From Eledone cirrhosa (taxonomy: Eukaryota): a DNA stretch of 64,000 nucleotides. The translations under genes were made by a program, and so were the position numbers. This document shows positions 25,263 to 40,250 of the stretch, in pieces. The DNA is taken from contig OZ024760.1 in assembly GCA_964016885.1 (NCBI GenBank), positions 19,344,001 to 19,408,000 on the forward strand. Direction: 5' to 3'. The notes beneath the pieces are model-generated. The model was not told the DNA's origin, made no database searches, and saw only the letters and a program-made list of their open reading frames with translations. Every line of letters starts with the position of its first letter. Position 1 is the stretch's first letter.

Positions 25263-25602
25263 CTGAGCTGTGATATCTCAATTTGGAGAAGTAGCAGCTC
25301 TACCTGGAGTGACTCTCTGTTTAGAAAAAAACCCAACGGAGATAACCTAGAAAATTTGCCAAACACCACCGCTTATTTCACCCCTCCCCGCTAGTATTAT
25401 AATACATTAAAACATCGCACATAAAACTATGTTATCGAACCGAGAAGAACCTAAAATTTGTGCTAGATAAACTTATTAAATATTTTCTCAAGTAATCATG
25501 TCATTATATGTACCGTTTAACACTTTATAAAGGACCGCATGCGGTCTAATTGTCACAGGCTGCCTATACTTGTATTAAGTGTTTCCAACGAAAATAGACA
25601 CT

Positions 25603-25788
25603 GGGATTGGCACTATCGGTAGAGGGTCGGACGCCATGCTTTGACGCATAGAGTTACGGCCCTTTCCATTCTGAGTTCAAATCTCGCCGAGGTTAACTTT
25701 GCCTTTCATCCTTACGGGGTCGATAAAATAAAGTACCAGCCATGTACTGGGTGATTGCTGGCCTTGTGCCTAAAGTAGAAACAATTAT
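25603..25788 (+). mobile_element. SINE S1 copy (others at ~22633-22700, 36345-36510, 43443-43577 minus, 49845-50037, 51552-51716, 59280-59462)
   Basis: A and B boxes, core and GGCCTTGTGCCTAAAGTAGAAACAAT tail. Confidence 0.85.
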
Positions 25789-26009
25789 TTGATTTCTATC
25801 ATCACAGACAGTTATTTAATGTGTCAAGAGTAATAATCCTACTTCTATCTTATTTATTAATGACAGAAAGATTAAGAGCAATAAAATTTGTGTCGTTAAA
25901 ACGCTTTGATATTTCGGCGACTGTTAATATAAGATTACAATTGAATAATAGTATAAAGAAATATATTTCATGTTTACACATCTAGGTCTTGACCTAAGAT
26001 GTAGGGAAG

Positions 26010-26983
26010 TATAATGTGTGTGTGTGTGTGTGTATATATAAATGTATTTATATGTGTATATATATAATGTATGTGTATATATATATATATATATATATGT
26101 GTATATATAATGTATATATATGCATATATGTGTGTATAAATGTGTATATATATATAGTGTGTGTGTGTATAAATGTTAATGCATATATATATATATATAC
26201 ATATAGTGGGTGTATATATATACACAGTGTGTGTATAAATATGTATATATATGTGTGTGTGTATATATAGTGTGTGTATAAATGTGTATATGTATATATA
26301 TATAAATATTCACATATAGTGTGTGTATAAATGTGTATATGTATATATATATAAATATTCACATATAGTGTGTATATAAATATGTATATATATATATTTA
26401 TTTATTCATATGTCTATATATATATATATATATATATGTCTATATATATATATATGTCTATATATATATATATATATATGTCTATATATCTATATATATA
26501 TATATATATATATATGTCTATATATCTATATATATATAAATATATATATGTATATATATATATATATATATGCATATATGTGTGTATATATATATAGTGT
26601 GTGTGTGTATAAATGTTAATGCATATATATATATATATACATATAGTGTGTGTATATATATATACACACAGTGTGTATAAATATGTATATATATATGTGT
26701 GTGTGTGTATATATAGTGTGTGTATAAATGTGTATATGTATATATATATAAATATTCACATATAGTGTGTATATAAATATGTATATATATATATATATTT
26801 ATTTATTCATATGTCTCTATATATATATATATATATATGTCTATATATATATATATATGTCTATATATCTATATATAAATATATATATATAAATATATAT
26901 GTCTATATATATATATATGTCTAAATCTCTATATATAAATATATATATATAAATATATATGTCTATATAAATATAAATATATA

Positions 26984-27025
<42 letters not shown>

Positions 27026-27063
27026 TAAATATCTATATATAAATATATATATATAAATATATA

Positions 27064-27136
<73 letters not shown>

Positions 27137-28180
27137 ATTTTTCTACGCTAACCAGCCCTAAAAGTTCCCATTCATTTGGTCATTGTTTCATATAAAAGTA
27201 GGGCAACTATTTATTTCTATTCTGTGTAAGACATTGTTAAGGGCCACTTGAAGAAATTACAGATACTGATTCTGTTTATAGCAAGCAGACGATGTTATGT
27301 CTTTGTCAAATCAAGAGTATCCTATTGAAAGGAATTAAAAGTAGATTTTACATTATTCTCAGTACATAGAGCACAATTCCGGACTAGAAATAGTGGATCA
27401 CTATTTTATGCAGCATACTTCCATTTCTTTACGAAAATTGTTGTGTGTGTGTATGTGCGTGCGTGCATACATATACACACCTATATATATGTGTATGTAT
27501 ATGAATATATACATATGTATGTATATATATCTGTGTGTATGTATATGAATATATACATATGTATGTATATATATCTGTGTGATTGTTTATGTATATGAAT
27601 ATATACATATGTATGTATATATATATGTGTGTGTGTGCATGTTTATGTATATGAATATATGAATATATACATATGTATGTATATATATATATGTGTGTGT
27701 GTATGTTTATGTATATGAATATATAAATATATACATATGTATGTATATATATATATATGTGTCTGTGTATGTTTATGTATATGAATGTATACAAATGTAT
27801 GTATATGTGTATATGTATGCATGCATGTATGTATGTGTATGTATATGAATATATACATATATATGTATGTATATGTGTGTGTATGTATGTATGTATAAGT
27901 ATGTATATGTATGTATATATATATATGTATAAATATATATGAATATATACATATGTATGTATATGTATATATTTGTATATATGTGGATATATATATATAT
28001 ATATTTGTATATATGTGTATGTATATGTATATATGTGTATATATGTGTATATATATATATATTTGTATATATGTGTATATATATGTATATATTTGTATAT
28101 ATGTGTATATATATATATATATATATTTGTATATATGTGTATGTATATATATATATATGTATATATGTATGTATATTATG
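26010..28180. repeat. Two long degenerate (TA)n/(TG)n tracts (26010-27132 and 27442-28180)
   Basis: Seen directly. Includes an internal ~440-bp duplication (~26150 and ~26590). Confidence 0.9.
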
Positions 28181-28184
28181 TCAG

Positions 28185-28790
28185 GTCACCAGTTGGTGCT
28201 ACTGGTAACATGTATCCCAGTACAACCTGTCTCATGGTCGGGTCGTTGGCGACTAAACTGGCAACCCCACCAAGGTTTCTTGGTGAGGAGGGTGACTTTG
28301 GACATCCTGCAGGACTAAAAACAAAACCTGTCAAAGGGCAAAGGAGCTCTTAAGAGTCAGTGGCCATCCAAAATCACCGGGAGAGATGACCCCTTAGCCT
28401 TTGTCAAGGCAGAATTCTAGGAGAAGGAAAACTCTGATATAACACCTGCAACCCTGATGATATCCAATGATGTTGACTTGTTCTTCTTTTTGGTAAATAT
28501 CATCTTGGTTAAGAGAGTGGGACTGGCTTTGTGCAGTGCCTTTGCTCACTATAAAAGCTTCACGGCACAGGCATTGCTTTATATCTGGAGATCTCTCTGC
28601 ATTTGTCATCACATGGTACCATGGGCCCAGCACTATGTGTCAATAATTGTCACAAGTGTAGTTTTTGTACCAGTGTTTTCAAGTCGCTGGCTGGACTAAA
28701 AAGTCACACTCGTTCAGCGCATCGGTAGGAGTTCTCCTACATGGATATAAAGTAGTGGCCATACTCGAAAACGAGTTGGCAGCCACCATG
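28185..28790 (+). mobile_element. RTE-like 5' UTR-type repeat, copy 2
   Basis: Collinear with 53525-54035 from GGTGCTACTGGT..GGCGACTAAAC to GCAGCCA. Both copies are flanked by TA-rich tracts. Confidence 0.6.
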
Positions 28791-29284
28791 TATATACATA
28801 TACACACAGGCACATACAGTCTTTTCATTCAACAATGGTTTATGAATAAACTTTGTAGGGCCCGTCCCGTCCCTAAGAAATTACGTTTCTTTTAATCTAT
28901 TATCAAGAAAAATTATAGTTTTACCCTCGTACACACATGACAATGGATATACGTAATACTCCTGTCTACAGACTCATGAAATACTGGGAATAGAACCAGG
29001 TGGGAAATAGGTAAAAGGCCTAGATATGATACGTTAAATCTTCTTACCAATTACGTTAAGGTTATACGTGTTTATTGAATGCTCAGTCATTTGCACGATA
29101 ATTTCAAGAGCTGGCTTTTCTGTTGTTCGTATGAACTGGAATACTTCGTCGTCGTGACCGACGAAGATCCAGCAACTTATGTGTCTTTCGAATGGTCAGA
29201 CAGTTGCACATTAATTTCACGAGCAGGCTTTTTTTGTTGTTCGTATGAACTATAACACTCATCATTGTAACCAACAGAGGTGAA

Positions 29285-29432
<148 letters not shown>

Positions 29433-30079
29433 GTTTAACCCTTTAGCATTAACATTACTCAACATTTACTATTGTATTTTCATGGTAAAGGCTTTACCTT
29501 ACATAATTATGTCACGTAATATCGAATCTGTGATTTTGATATTATCTATTTTCAGAACAATACCTTAACATCAGTATGAGCAGCCGGTTACAGCTAGTTT
29601 GAACAGAATTCTGGCTGGATATGGCCGGTTTAAATGTTAAAGGGTTAAGTGAGGAAAAGAAAAATATCATTGCCTTTGAATTAAAATGTTATATACACAG
29701 AGAACTGCTTCACATTTCACATACAGATGACAGCTAACCACAAACTTCGTCAGCCATTTTAAAAATAAATAAAAGTTGTCGAGTGAAGTTGTCGAATGAC
29801 ATCTCTCTCTTTGTATGACATCTCTCTCTTTGTATATCATCTCTCTCTTTGTATAACATCTCAGCTAGATCCGGATTGAAATATGAAATATGCATTTTTC
29901 ATATAGAAACAGTGAATTTAATATACAAACAAAGAATCTAGCTTATAAAATAGTAATGTAAACAAGGCGACAATAAGATACTTTTCTTCTATTGACCTCT
30001 ACTTAATATATAACATATGTATGCGTGTGTTTATATATGTATGTATGTATGCATGTCTCTATATATCTATGTATTTATG

Positions 30080-30118
<39 letters not shown>

Positions 30119-30280
30119 GTGGAACACTGGAAAGTAATATCCGTAATGGTAGAGCACTCAGTCCAAGGGACGAGTTAGGTAGAAGTGGTTACACAACAGT
30201 TAGTTCACCATTGTGTAACCACTTCTATATATATATATATATATATATAAATGTTTTTTATACAAAATACACACATATGC

Positions 30281-30323
<43 letters not shown>

Positions 30324-30404
30324 GTTATTCCGGGTTGAATCGGAGGTAACCACAGTAAGTAAGGTACTCAATACATAGCAGAGTATAAAAGTTTTAAAAT
30401 AGAT

Positions 30405-30457
30405 GAGATTCTACAGGACTAGAACTGTTTCATTCATTAGAAATCATCAGGAATCCC
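30405..30457 (-). ncRNA. Hammerhead ribozyme, family C
   Basis: Reverse complement: GGGATTC CTGATGA TTTC TAAT GAAT GAAA CAG TTCTAGTC CTG TA GAATCTC. Helix I covaries with the 17784 copy. Confidence 0.85.
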
Positions 30458-30459
30458 AT

Positions 30460-30499
<40 letters not shown>

Positions 30500-30899
30500 A
30501 TGTGTGTGTCATTATGTGCATGAAAAAGCATTTAGAATCGAGACTTCGTATTGTCAAGTTATTTTCATATTTATGGCGGTTTTGTACATGTGACTGTTGT
30601 TATTTTTTAGTTGTTGATGTTGTGGTGGTGGTGGTGGTGCACGTGCACGTGAGATATATTTTATCAGACGTTTTAGGAAAAGTAAAACGTTTCATATAAT
30701 TATAGACTATAAAAATACATCACTGCTGTAATAAGTAATGTTTATCCGTTTACTTGTTTTAATCATCAGACTGCAGCCATACTGGGTTACTGCCTGGATA
30801 TAGTCAATCAAAGCCTAGTATTTACTTTATCCATCTCATTTTTTACCGAACGACTAAGTTACGTGATGCAATATTTATATATATATATATATATATATA

Positions 30900-30947
<48 letters not shown>

Positions 30948-30949
<2 letters not shown>

Positions 30950-31238
30950 GAAGGATTTAAATGGATACAGTTCAGTAAAAGGAATTTATTGACACGTGTT
31001 TCAATAACAGTTATATAACCTGAAAACGGCTGCTATCTACAAAGCAGCCGTTTTCAGGTTTTATAACTGTTATTGAAACACGTGTCAATAAATTCCTTTT
31101 ACTGAACTGTATCCATTTAAATCCTTCTATTTTCTCCGGATTACTTTTGAAACTACAACTGGAACCGTCGAGCAAACCCTACGTAAGCTGTCCATCTACT
31201 GTGTGTAATATTCATATTACAACACTACGGAAAATGCT
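30948..31238. mobile_element. (TA)n-flanked fold-back element, family J
   Basis: Near-perfect ~85-bp arms at 30948-31033 and 31043-31129. Carries the hammerhead 3' half GAAA CACGTG TC AATAAA. Confidence 0.75.
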
Positions 31239-31301
31239 ATATATATATATATATATATGAAACAGTTCTAGTCCTGTAGAAGCCTTTTCTATATTAAATA
31301 T

Positions 31302-31356
<55 letters not shown>

Positions 31357-31476
31357 GAAAATGAACAACACAAAATATAACTACTCCATTGAGTTGTTCA
31401 CTTTCTAATTAAATAGCTCTGTTCTATACATAGAGCACTCTTTTTTTCCTTTGCTTTTCCTTCGGAATTACCTAAC

Positions 31477-31518
<42 letters not shown>

Positions 31519-31836
31519 GGAAAGTGGTAGGAACCAGGTGGACCATAACGCACCAAAGTACTCAATACTTAGGGTAGTAGAGTGGGTATATATATATATA
31601 TAGAGAGAGAGAGATAGATAGATATATATATATAGGCACCAGTAAGACCCCGACGGCTGAGCTCAAGCCGTTTCGATGGCTAATTCTGGACTAAAAGATA
31701 GTCCAGAATTAGCCGTCGAAACGGCTTGAGCTCAGCCGTCGGGGTCTTACTGGTTCCTATTACCCACTCTACTACCCTAAGTATTGAGTACTTTGGTGCG
31801 TTATGGTCCACCTGGTTCCTTACCACATTTCCTTCG

Positions 31837-31880
<44 letters not shown>

Positions 31881-32409
31881 TGAATAACATGGTGGGCAGT
31901 ACAAAAAGGTTTATTTACAGTATAAACAGTTGTTTCATTGATCCGGTGAGTCTGAAGGCCGCTAGAAACTTCTTGTTGTGTCAAACAACGCCGTACGTTA
32001 AAACTATCCATTGTACAGAGTACTCACAACCTGATTACCTTAAACAATAGCTTGTTACCCCATATATATATATATGTAACCCATGTGCAACCACGCAGTA
32101 TTCTTCTTTCTTCTCGTGTTTATATATATATATAAATATATGACAGGCTGTTGCAGTTTCTGTTTCCTAAACCAGAAGCTAAAAGTCACATGTAAAAGAC
32201 ATGCGTAATGAGCCGTGCATCGCGTTTCAGCACAGGAACACTTGGAGGGAAAACGAACTCCATCTTAGTGCTTATAAAAAATGTTAAAATATCATAATTT
32301 AACCTTCAATGATCTGGAATTCTGATAAGATAAACATTTAGTGAGTTAACGGCCATTGCACGAAATCTGTGTGGGGTGGTTCAAAATTATAAGATAAATA
32401 CACACACAC

Positions 32410-32560
32410 ATACATATATACACCCATATATATATACTTATATATATATATACTTTATATATATATATATAAATTATATATATATATACTTTATATATAT
32501 ATATATACTTTATATATATATATATATACTTTATATATATATATACTTTATATATATATT

Positions 32561-32591
<31 letters not shown>

Positions 32592-33266
32592 ATATTTTAT
32601 ATATATATATACTTTATATATATATATATACTTTATATATACTTTATATATATATATATACTTTATATATATATATACTTTATATATATATTTATATATA
32701 TATATATACTTTATATATATATACTTTATATATATATATATATATACTTTATATATATATTTATATACTTTATATATATATATATTTATATACTTTATAT
32801 ATATACTTTATATATATATACTTTATATATATATACTTTATATATATATACTTTATATATATATATTTTATATATATATATATTTTATATATATATTTTA
32901 TATATATATATATACTTTATATATATATATATATACTTTATATATATATATATACTTTATATATATATACTTTATATATATATACTTTATATATATATAT
33001 ACTTTATATATATATATACTTTATATATATATATACTTTATATATATATATATACTTTATATATATATACTTTATATATATATATATACTTTATATATAT
33101 ATATATACTTTATATATATATATATACTTTATATATATATTTATTTTATATATATATACTTTATATATATATATATACTTTATATATATATTTATTTTAT
33201 ATATATATACTTTATATATATATATATATACTTTATATATATATTTATATACTTTATATATATATT

Positions 33267-33297
<31 letters not shown>

Positions 33298-33777
33298 ACT
33301 TTATATATATATATACTTTATATATATATATACTTTATATATATATTTATATATATATACATACTTTATATATATATACTTTATATATATATATATATAT
33401 ACTTTATATATATATTTATATACTTTATATATATATATATATTTATATACTTTATATATATATTTATATATATATATACTTTATATATATATTTATATAT
33501 ATATATATACTTTATATATATATTTATATATATATATATACTTTATATATATATTTATATATATATATATACTTTATATTTATATATATATATATACTTT
33601 ATATATATATTTATATATATATATATACTTTATATATATATTTATATATATATATATACTTTATATATATATATATATATATACTTTATATATATATTTA
33701 TATATATATATATACTTTATATATATATATATATATATACTTTATATATATATTTATATATATATATACTTTATATT

Positions 33778-33812
<35 letters not shown>

Positions 33813-33828
33813 ACTTCATATATATATT

Positions 33829-33867
<39 letters not shown>

Positions 33868-34450
33868 ACTTTATATATATATTTATATATATATATATAT
33901 ACTTTATATATATATATACTTTATATATATATTTATATATATATATATATACTTTATATATATATTTATATATATATATTTATATATATATATATATACT
34001 TTATATATATATATACTTTATATATATACTTTATATATATATATACTTTATATATATATATACTTTATATATATATATTCTTTATATATATATATTTATA
34101 TATATATACTTTATATATATATATATATATTTATATATACTTTATATATATATATATATTTATATATATATACTTTATATATATATATACTTTATATATA
34201 TATATATATATACTTTATACTTTATATATATATATATATACTTTATATATATATATACTTTATATATATATATATACTTTATATATATATATATATATAT
34301 ATACTTTATATATATATATACTTTATATATATATATATATACTTTATATATATATATATATATACTTTATATATATATATATATACTTTATATATATATA
34401 TATATATACTTTATATATATATATATATATACTTTATATATATATATATA
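32410..34450. repeat. ~2-kb interrupted (TA)n satellite, (TA)n-CTT units
   Basis: Seen directly. Confidence 0.95.
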
Positions 34451-34709
34451 GAGAGAGAGAGACACACACAAACAATATATGTATATATACGAAAACAAAA
34501 TTTTCAAGTTTTTTTTTAACTGATAAAGAAATATCAAATAAAATTGGAGGAAAAACCAAGTTAAGCAATAGATATCAATTTCATCTTAAGAGAGGTTACA
34601 CAACATTTGCGCAACATCATGTAACTGGCTGATAACAGGGCAGTGTTGTTTTATTATATATATATACTTATAGATTGATAGATACATACATAGATATAAC
34701 ACTGGTGGG

Positions 34710-34772
<63 letters not shown>

Positions 34773-35150
34773 TTGTTTGGATTTTTTTAAAGAAACAGTT
34801 AAGAAACAACCACTTGTTTCCGTTCTCTATATATAGAAATATGATTGTGTTCTGGTGTGTTCTGGACAGAAATGTGTTGACCTGTCTCGATAAACTGAAG
34901 TCAGTATAACACTTGTATTGTAGTTATTTTAATTGAAGTTTGTTGAAATAGAAAAAGGAAGAAAGATTTTTTTAGATATTTCCCTTGTAAATATTCCTTC
35001 TGGATTGTGCTGTTCCTTGTACTTATAGTTTACTTATAGATTACTTATAGATTACATATAGTTTACTTATAGATTACATATAGTTTACTTTATGCAATTC
35101 ACGAGGGAAAGTATGTGTGGTCACAAAGTAGTACCCTGTATTATTTATAC

Positions 35151-35184
<34 letters not shown>

Positions 35185-35438
35185 CTTTTAAGCGCCGAAA
35201 CATCTATCATCTGCAGTTAACAGCTGATGAAGGGTTTCTTCTCTTGTTTCGTCCATATTACCATCTTAAACTTTGTTTACAGTAACCACACAGCTTGCTT
35301 CGTTTCTTGTAATTATATATATATATAATATATATATTTATTAAAATAACAGACTTTGCTCTACGGTTCTTATATATTTGATATATATTTATCCTTATCG
35401 AGCCCTCTTTGGATTTTAGTCTTCAAATTTATTATTAT

Positions 35439-35496
<58 letters not shown>

Positions 35497-36858
35497 GTGT
35501 CAATGTGTGTATACATATGAATGCATTAAGTAAAACACGAGAAGAATGGGGCACTATTTTTAACTCTATACCAAAAATAAAATTGCAAAGCATTATTATC
35601 TCCTGCAGAAACATATAGGAAACAACGCCAAACACAGAATTCTGAGGTATCAAGGTTAATCTGTCAGACATTGTCATCAAGGACATCCAACATAAGAAGT
35701 GCCTCCTACTCAAAGTATCTGAGGTAACAAACGATAAACTTACGCTGCAGATCTGCCAACCTCTAAAAGCCCAAACAGGGAGGACCATGAAAGATTTACA
35801 TCAAATAATCACGTCTATGTCATCGGTCGACTTGCTAAAATTAGTACCTAAATCTTCCTCAAATCATACACTAGTTAGTCTTTAAATAAAATATCTTAAC
35901 AAAATACCAAAATGCGATGGCTACAAATATTTTAATGTTTACTGAATTTTATGTATAACAGAATCCAATCCTGCCAACCTCTAAAAACCCAAACGGGGAT
36001 TACTTTGAAAAAAAGTGCCTCAAAACGAGGAGAAATGAGGTAAAATTGGGAAATTTTACATGGGGAGATTATACCTATTTTAACAAGAGAATACATCTCT
36101 CAGCCACCCCAAAGTAAGTGGGAGATCTTCCTGACGGACGGGGACAGTTGGTAGGTCGGGAGCTGGACCACCGGTTTGATGGATAAATGATGAAATTCTG
36201 GAAAATATAAAATCTAGAAATAGGAATCATGAAAATATCTCTGACCAATGTATATTTAGAGGTCTGTGTTAGGTTTAACAATATAAGTACACAGTGGTGA
36301 CCTCTGATCCGTGGCCCTACGGCCACCTTCCTTCTCAGCACCATAACGTAAAGGCCCTTTACGTTCTGAGTTCAAATCCCACCGATGTTAACTTTGCCTT
36401 TGATCCATATTCAGTCCATAAAATAAAGTACCAGTAATACACTGAGGTCGATTTAATCGTCTTTCCCCTCCCCCAAATTGCTGGCCTTGTGCCTAAATCA
36501 GAAACCATTATCATTGTTTAGTTTTTTGCGTTTTCTTTAGGGTGGGTCCCCTAACATTCGAACACGTATCATTGATACCATGTGGGTTCTCTTATCATGG
36601 ACATTTCTCCTCTAGATAACAAAACTGTGATGCTATCGCTATAGGAGGTTTTTTTTATAACATTTACTGTTGTTTGTGTTGTTTTATTTGGGTTCGGTTT
36701 GTTTTCTTCTTCTTTATTTTAGGTTAGTCATCAGAGTTATCTTCTATTTTTGATGTTAGACTTTGTGTGAAGACTGTGATTTGTTGTTTTTACAGGAAAT
36801 ATGGTGTGTGTCTATATATATCGCACAAGTTTGCGTAGCAATAGAGACAAAAGACATA

Positions 36859-37452
36859 TTCCTTTGGAAGAAGCGGGCTCCTATGGTGAGGAGATCCATC
36901 TGCTGTCAACACCCTTCGAAAGGAGGGTTGGGGATGCCGTGGCTAATGATACGTAAACACGCATTAAGGCTACGGCACCTTCAGGTATTCCTCTCCGGTC
37001 AACCGGTGTGGGCCCCGTTTGTGAGGCGAGCCTTTCCCAGACTCGTCTCACTCACCGAGCTGCAATCCTGGGTCAAGCAAAGACCGAGAAAACTGGGCGC
37101 CTGGCACACCGAGTGTGCCCAGGCACTCACGGCTCTCTGGCAGGCGGAGCCGGCTGTCAGTGGAGAATCCACCTCGTCATTCTATAGAGGGCTGGTGGTT
37201 AGCAGGTGCGACGACGCCCTCGGAGAAGCCCTAGGCATGGAGGAAGACGAACTGGCCAACCTGTTCGGTAGGACATTCAGCCCGGGACCCATGGATAACT
37301 TCCAGAGGTCCCTGGCCTGGCAATGCTACAGAAGGGCTCTGCCCGTTCGAGAAAGGCTCTACAGACACGGGCGCCCGGGTAGGGACCCATCGAAAAAGAT
37401 CTATCCCAGATGCGTGTGCGACGAGGAAACCGTTGCACACGCATTGGTACAC
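36859..37452 (+). mobile_element. L1/Tx1-like LINE ORF2 internal fragment (post-RT region to zinc finger)
   Basis: FLW...GGLGMP motif, LAWQCYRRALPV and PRCVCDEETVAHALVH. Confidence 0.8.
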
Positions 37453-38480
37453 ATAACGCCAATAGATTACTTGGAACCCCTAAGACACATACGCCTGACC
37501 AAAACGCACCCAAACTCCCACCCAACCACATAAACCTCACTAAACACCGCAGAACTCGAAGTAGACCTGTCACATGGTACAACGCATCTGTGTTCTACGC
37601 CACCCCCACCGATACTCCCCCACTCCCTATATATATCCCAACACGCGCGCATGCACATACATGTGTGTATATATGCATATAGATATATGTATGTGTGGAT
37701 CAATGTGGGCGCGTGTATGTGTGTGTATATAAGTGTGTACGTATGTATATATATATATATCAGTATACATGCGCATGTATATATATTTATATATATACAA
37801 CGTATTTGTCAGACTAAGAGTGTCTAGGTATGTATCTCCCCATGGACTCGACACCACCGACACATCTACCACACCACCACAAACGCCACTGCCATAAACA
37901 ACAACACCACAACCACACCCCACACACGCCAACCCGTCTACCGACAACCCACTACCCCCACACTACAGCCCATCCCAGTCAGCGACTGTCACCACCATCT
38001 TATCATCACACCCACCCCCATATACACCACAGGCCAAAGCCAATCCGCCACCACCACACCACAGCCCATCGCAGCCAGCGACCGTCACCACCATCTTATC
38101 ATCACACCCACCCCAACATACACTACAGGCCAGTACATTCCGTTGATCCTTCCCACCAATCAAAACAACTCATATTGTCAAACTCTTGAACTTCTGTCTT
38201 TACCACATAGCATGTATTTCATTTTCTCATAGCATTTTAAAGGGTCCGTCGAGCTGCCGATCATTGAGTCGGGTAGGATCGATACAGATCGAACCTTGAG
38301 CTGATCAGTGGCGAAACGTGCGTCACCTACCAATAAATGTAATGAGGGAGTAACTAATCGTCCTTGTTATCCTTTCAATATATTACACTCTGTATAGCTC
38401 TGCACCTCATCACAGAAGTTAATCTAAACATCGAGTGCTCACCCGGGTGAACCTGCAGTAACTCCAAGTTACACCCCCTG
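37453..38480 (+). mobile_element. Internally deleted Penelope-like element: ORF remnant, C/A-rich spacer and hammerhead-bearing terminus
   Basis: RRTRSRPVTWYN at 37548-37583 resembles the recalled PLE motif R(K)RxIxWFNPP. Hammerhead at 38242-38328, AATAAA at 38332, TCGAGTGC at 38431. Confidence 0.55.
38242..38328 (+). ncRNA. Hammerhead-shaped RNA, family M, with variant core CCGUCGA and long helix II
   Basis: GGGT CCGTCGA GCTGC CGATCA...TGATCA GTGGC GAAA CGTGCG TC ACCT. Confidence 0.55.
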
Positions 38481-39479
38481 GATATATGTGTGTGTGTTTG
38501 TACGTGTTGAACCGCCATCGATTGCGACGATAAAGTACTCTAATTGTTTGAATCAACGCGGAACAGCCTGTCCGTGGAATTAATATAGAAGTGCCTGAGC
38601 ATTCTATAAGACGTGTTCAACTTTTTTACACAGTTATCATGAAGATTCAATGAGACACTGTGTTTGATAAGATCAGGCTTTTGATTTTGTTTTCGTAGAC
38701 TGGAACAACATAAAATTTACTTCTTGTAATTTAAATAAAGTTTAGGCTTAGTCTAAGCTAGTCATCGGCAAACTGCGGCTTGGTTGGCATTCTGAATGGC
38801 ACATCTAACGAACAATTGCCTTGAAAGTTTTAAAAGTGCAGCCCGTTTTATGATGAACCCTAAACCTCATGCGACCCGCTGCCCTAAAAAAGGGTTACCT
38901 AGTTACCACAAACTAAATATAGTATATTAAAAAAAAAAAAAGAAACCTTCTGTTAAAACATATAATACTACAACCAGTGTCCCAGTGAGAATTAACCATA
39001 ATGCCTTACTCTTATACTCGATTTTCCCCTCCTCAAATTACTCTCTTTATTACACAGTGCTTTTCAAGAAAAAAATTGTTTTTGAAATTTACTTTAAAGT
39101 AATTTAAGTCAAATTTAGTGTAAAAATATACACACAAAACAAATATAGGATATTTTAAACACTCTGTTAAAACATATAATACCCCCATCTAGCGTTCGAC
39201 TGACGAGTCAGCGATTCGAAAAACCATTTATGCAAGCATTTGTGGTCGTTTGTTTAAAATTACTTTCCATCTATTCAGATTTAGTTTCGTCTAAAAATAA
39301 GTTATGTAGACAAATTTTGTAATTTTCTACTTCAGACATATTTTACATGTGAAATTTAAAACCGCTTCTATAAGTAATTTAACAAATATTTCATGATTAA
39401 TTTACTATTTCAAATTGCTAGACAGATATATAAATATTTAAAGTAAGTTTCAATCTCAACGTCATTTTATCCTTACCCT

Positions 39480-39660
39480 CGTCAATCAATATTACACTCT
39501 TCCAAAGACCTCTATTCTCGCCATCGCTTTCTGAATTATTCCAACCAGTAACAAATATTCGACCCTATATTTTCCTGTCTTGCGAACATCCGCTCTACCA
39601 AACTCTAAAGTCAGTACTTGCTGACTTCAACACCCATAATTCTTCTTGTCCCCTGCATTT
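39480..39660 (-). pseudogene. Possible highly decayed LINE AP-endonuclease fragment
   Basis: Reverse complement reads FRVW*SG...G.IFV, resembling the APE W-S-G...GVG motif. Frameshifted and weak. Confidence 0.25.
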
Positions 39661-40039
39661 ATTCCACATTGATGTTATGTCGCTAGTGCAGAAACCCTAT
39701 ATTTTGCAACCCTCAAGTAAATACATCAGTTAGCCCCATTCTCTAGAAATACACAGAGATATTCCAAAAGGCAATTTATCGCTTTTCTCATTTACAAATG
39801 TAGTCTCTAATAAACCTGATGTATTCGAGGACAGACTCAACTATCGTTGCCCGACAGCTGACAGTCCCCAGCTGTTGAAGTATCGACTGCTTTTTCATAG
39901 GTTCGTCGTTTGAACTTGTAGCAGAGGAAACGTCTGACATTTTAGATCCCTGAACCACGTCCGTACTCGCTGCTATCGGGACGAGGTAGACCTATCGCAG
40001 GAGTGAAACCCACCAGTTAAAATGGCTACTTCAATTTTG

Positions 40040-40250
40040 CTTCTTATTATGTTCACAAGAGTGTCAGTTACAACTCTTAGCTAGATGTAGTTCCGCCCCA
40101 ACTGAACACATTGCTGTCCTTTCTCATTAAACTCTGCCAAGTCCAATGCTGTGCAGGGGTGTTCCAGCAGGGGGCATATCAGGAGGTGTTGTGTAGTCTG
40201 GAATTCGATGCTGCAGTCACACACAACCTTTAAATATCCCCATTTTGCAT
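40040..40250 (-). mobile_element. Ingi/Vingi-like LINE 3' tail
   Basis: Homologous to 40777-41095. Confidence 0.6.

Noticed and set aside
32376-34451. 691-aa ORF
   Set aside because: It is a translation of an interrupted (TA)n satellite (Y/I/F/L only) and is stop-free by composition.
35195-35236. GAAAC...CAG CTGATGA AGG as a type-II hammerhead
   Set aside because: Helix III and the UH site cannot be formed in register with helix I. It is at most a decayed remnant.
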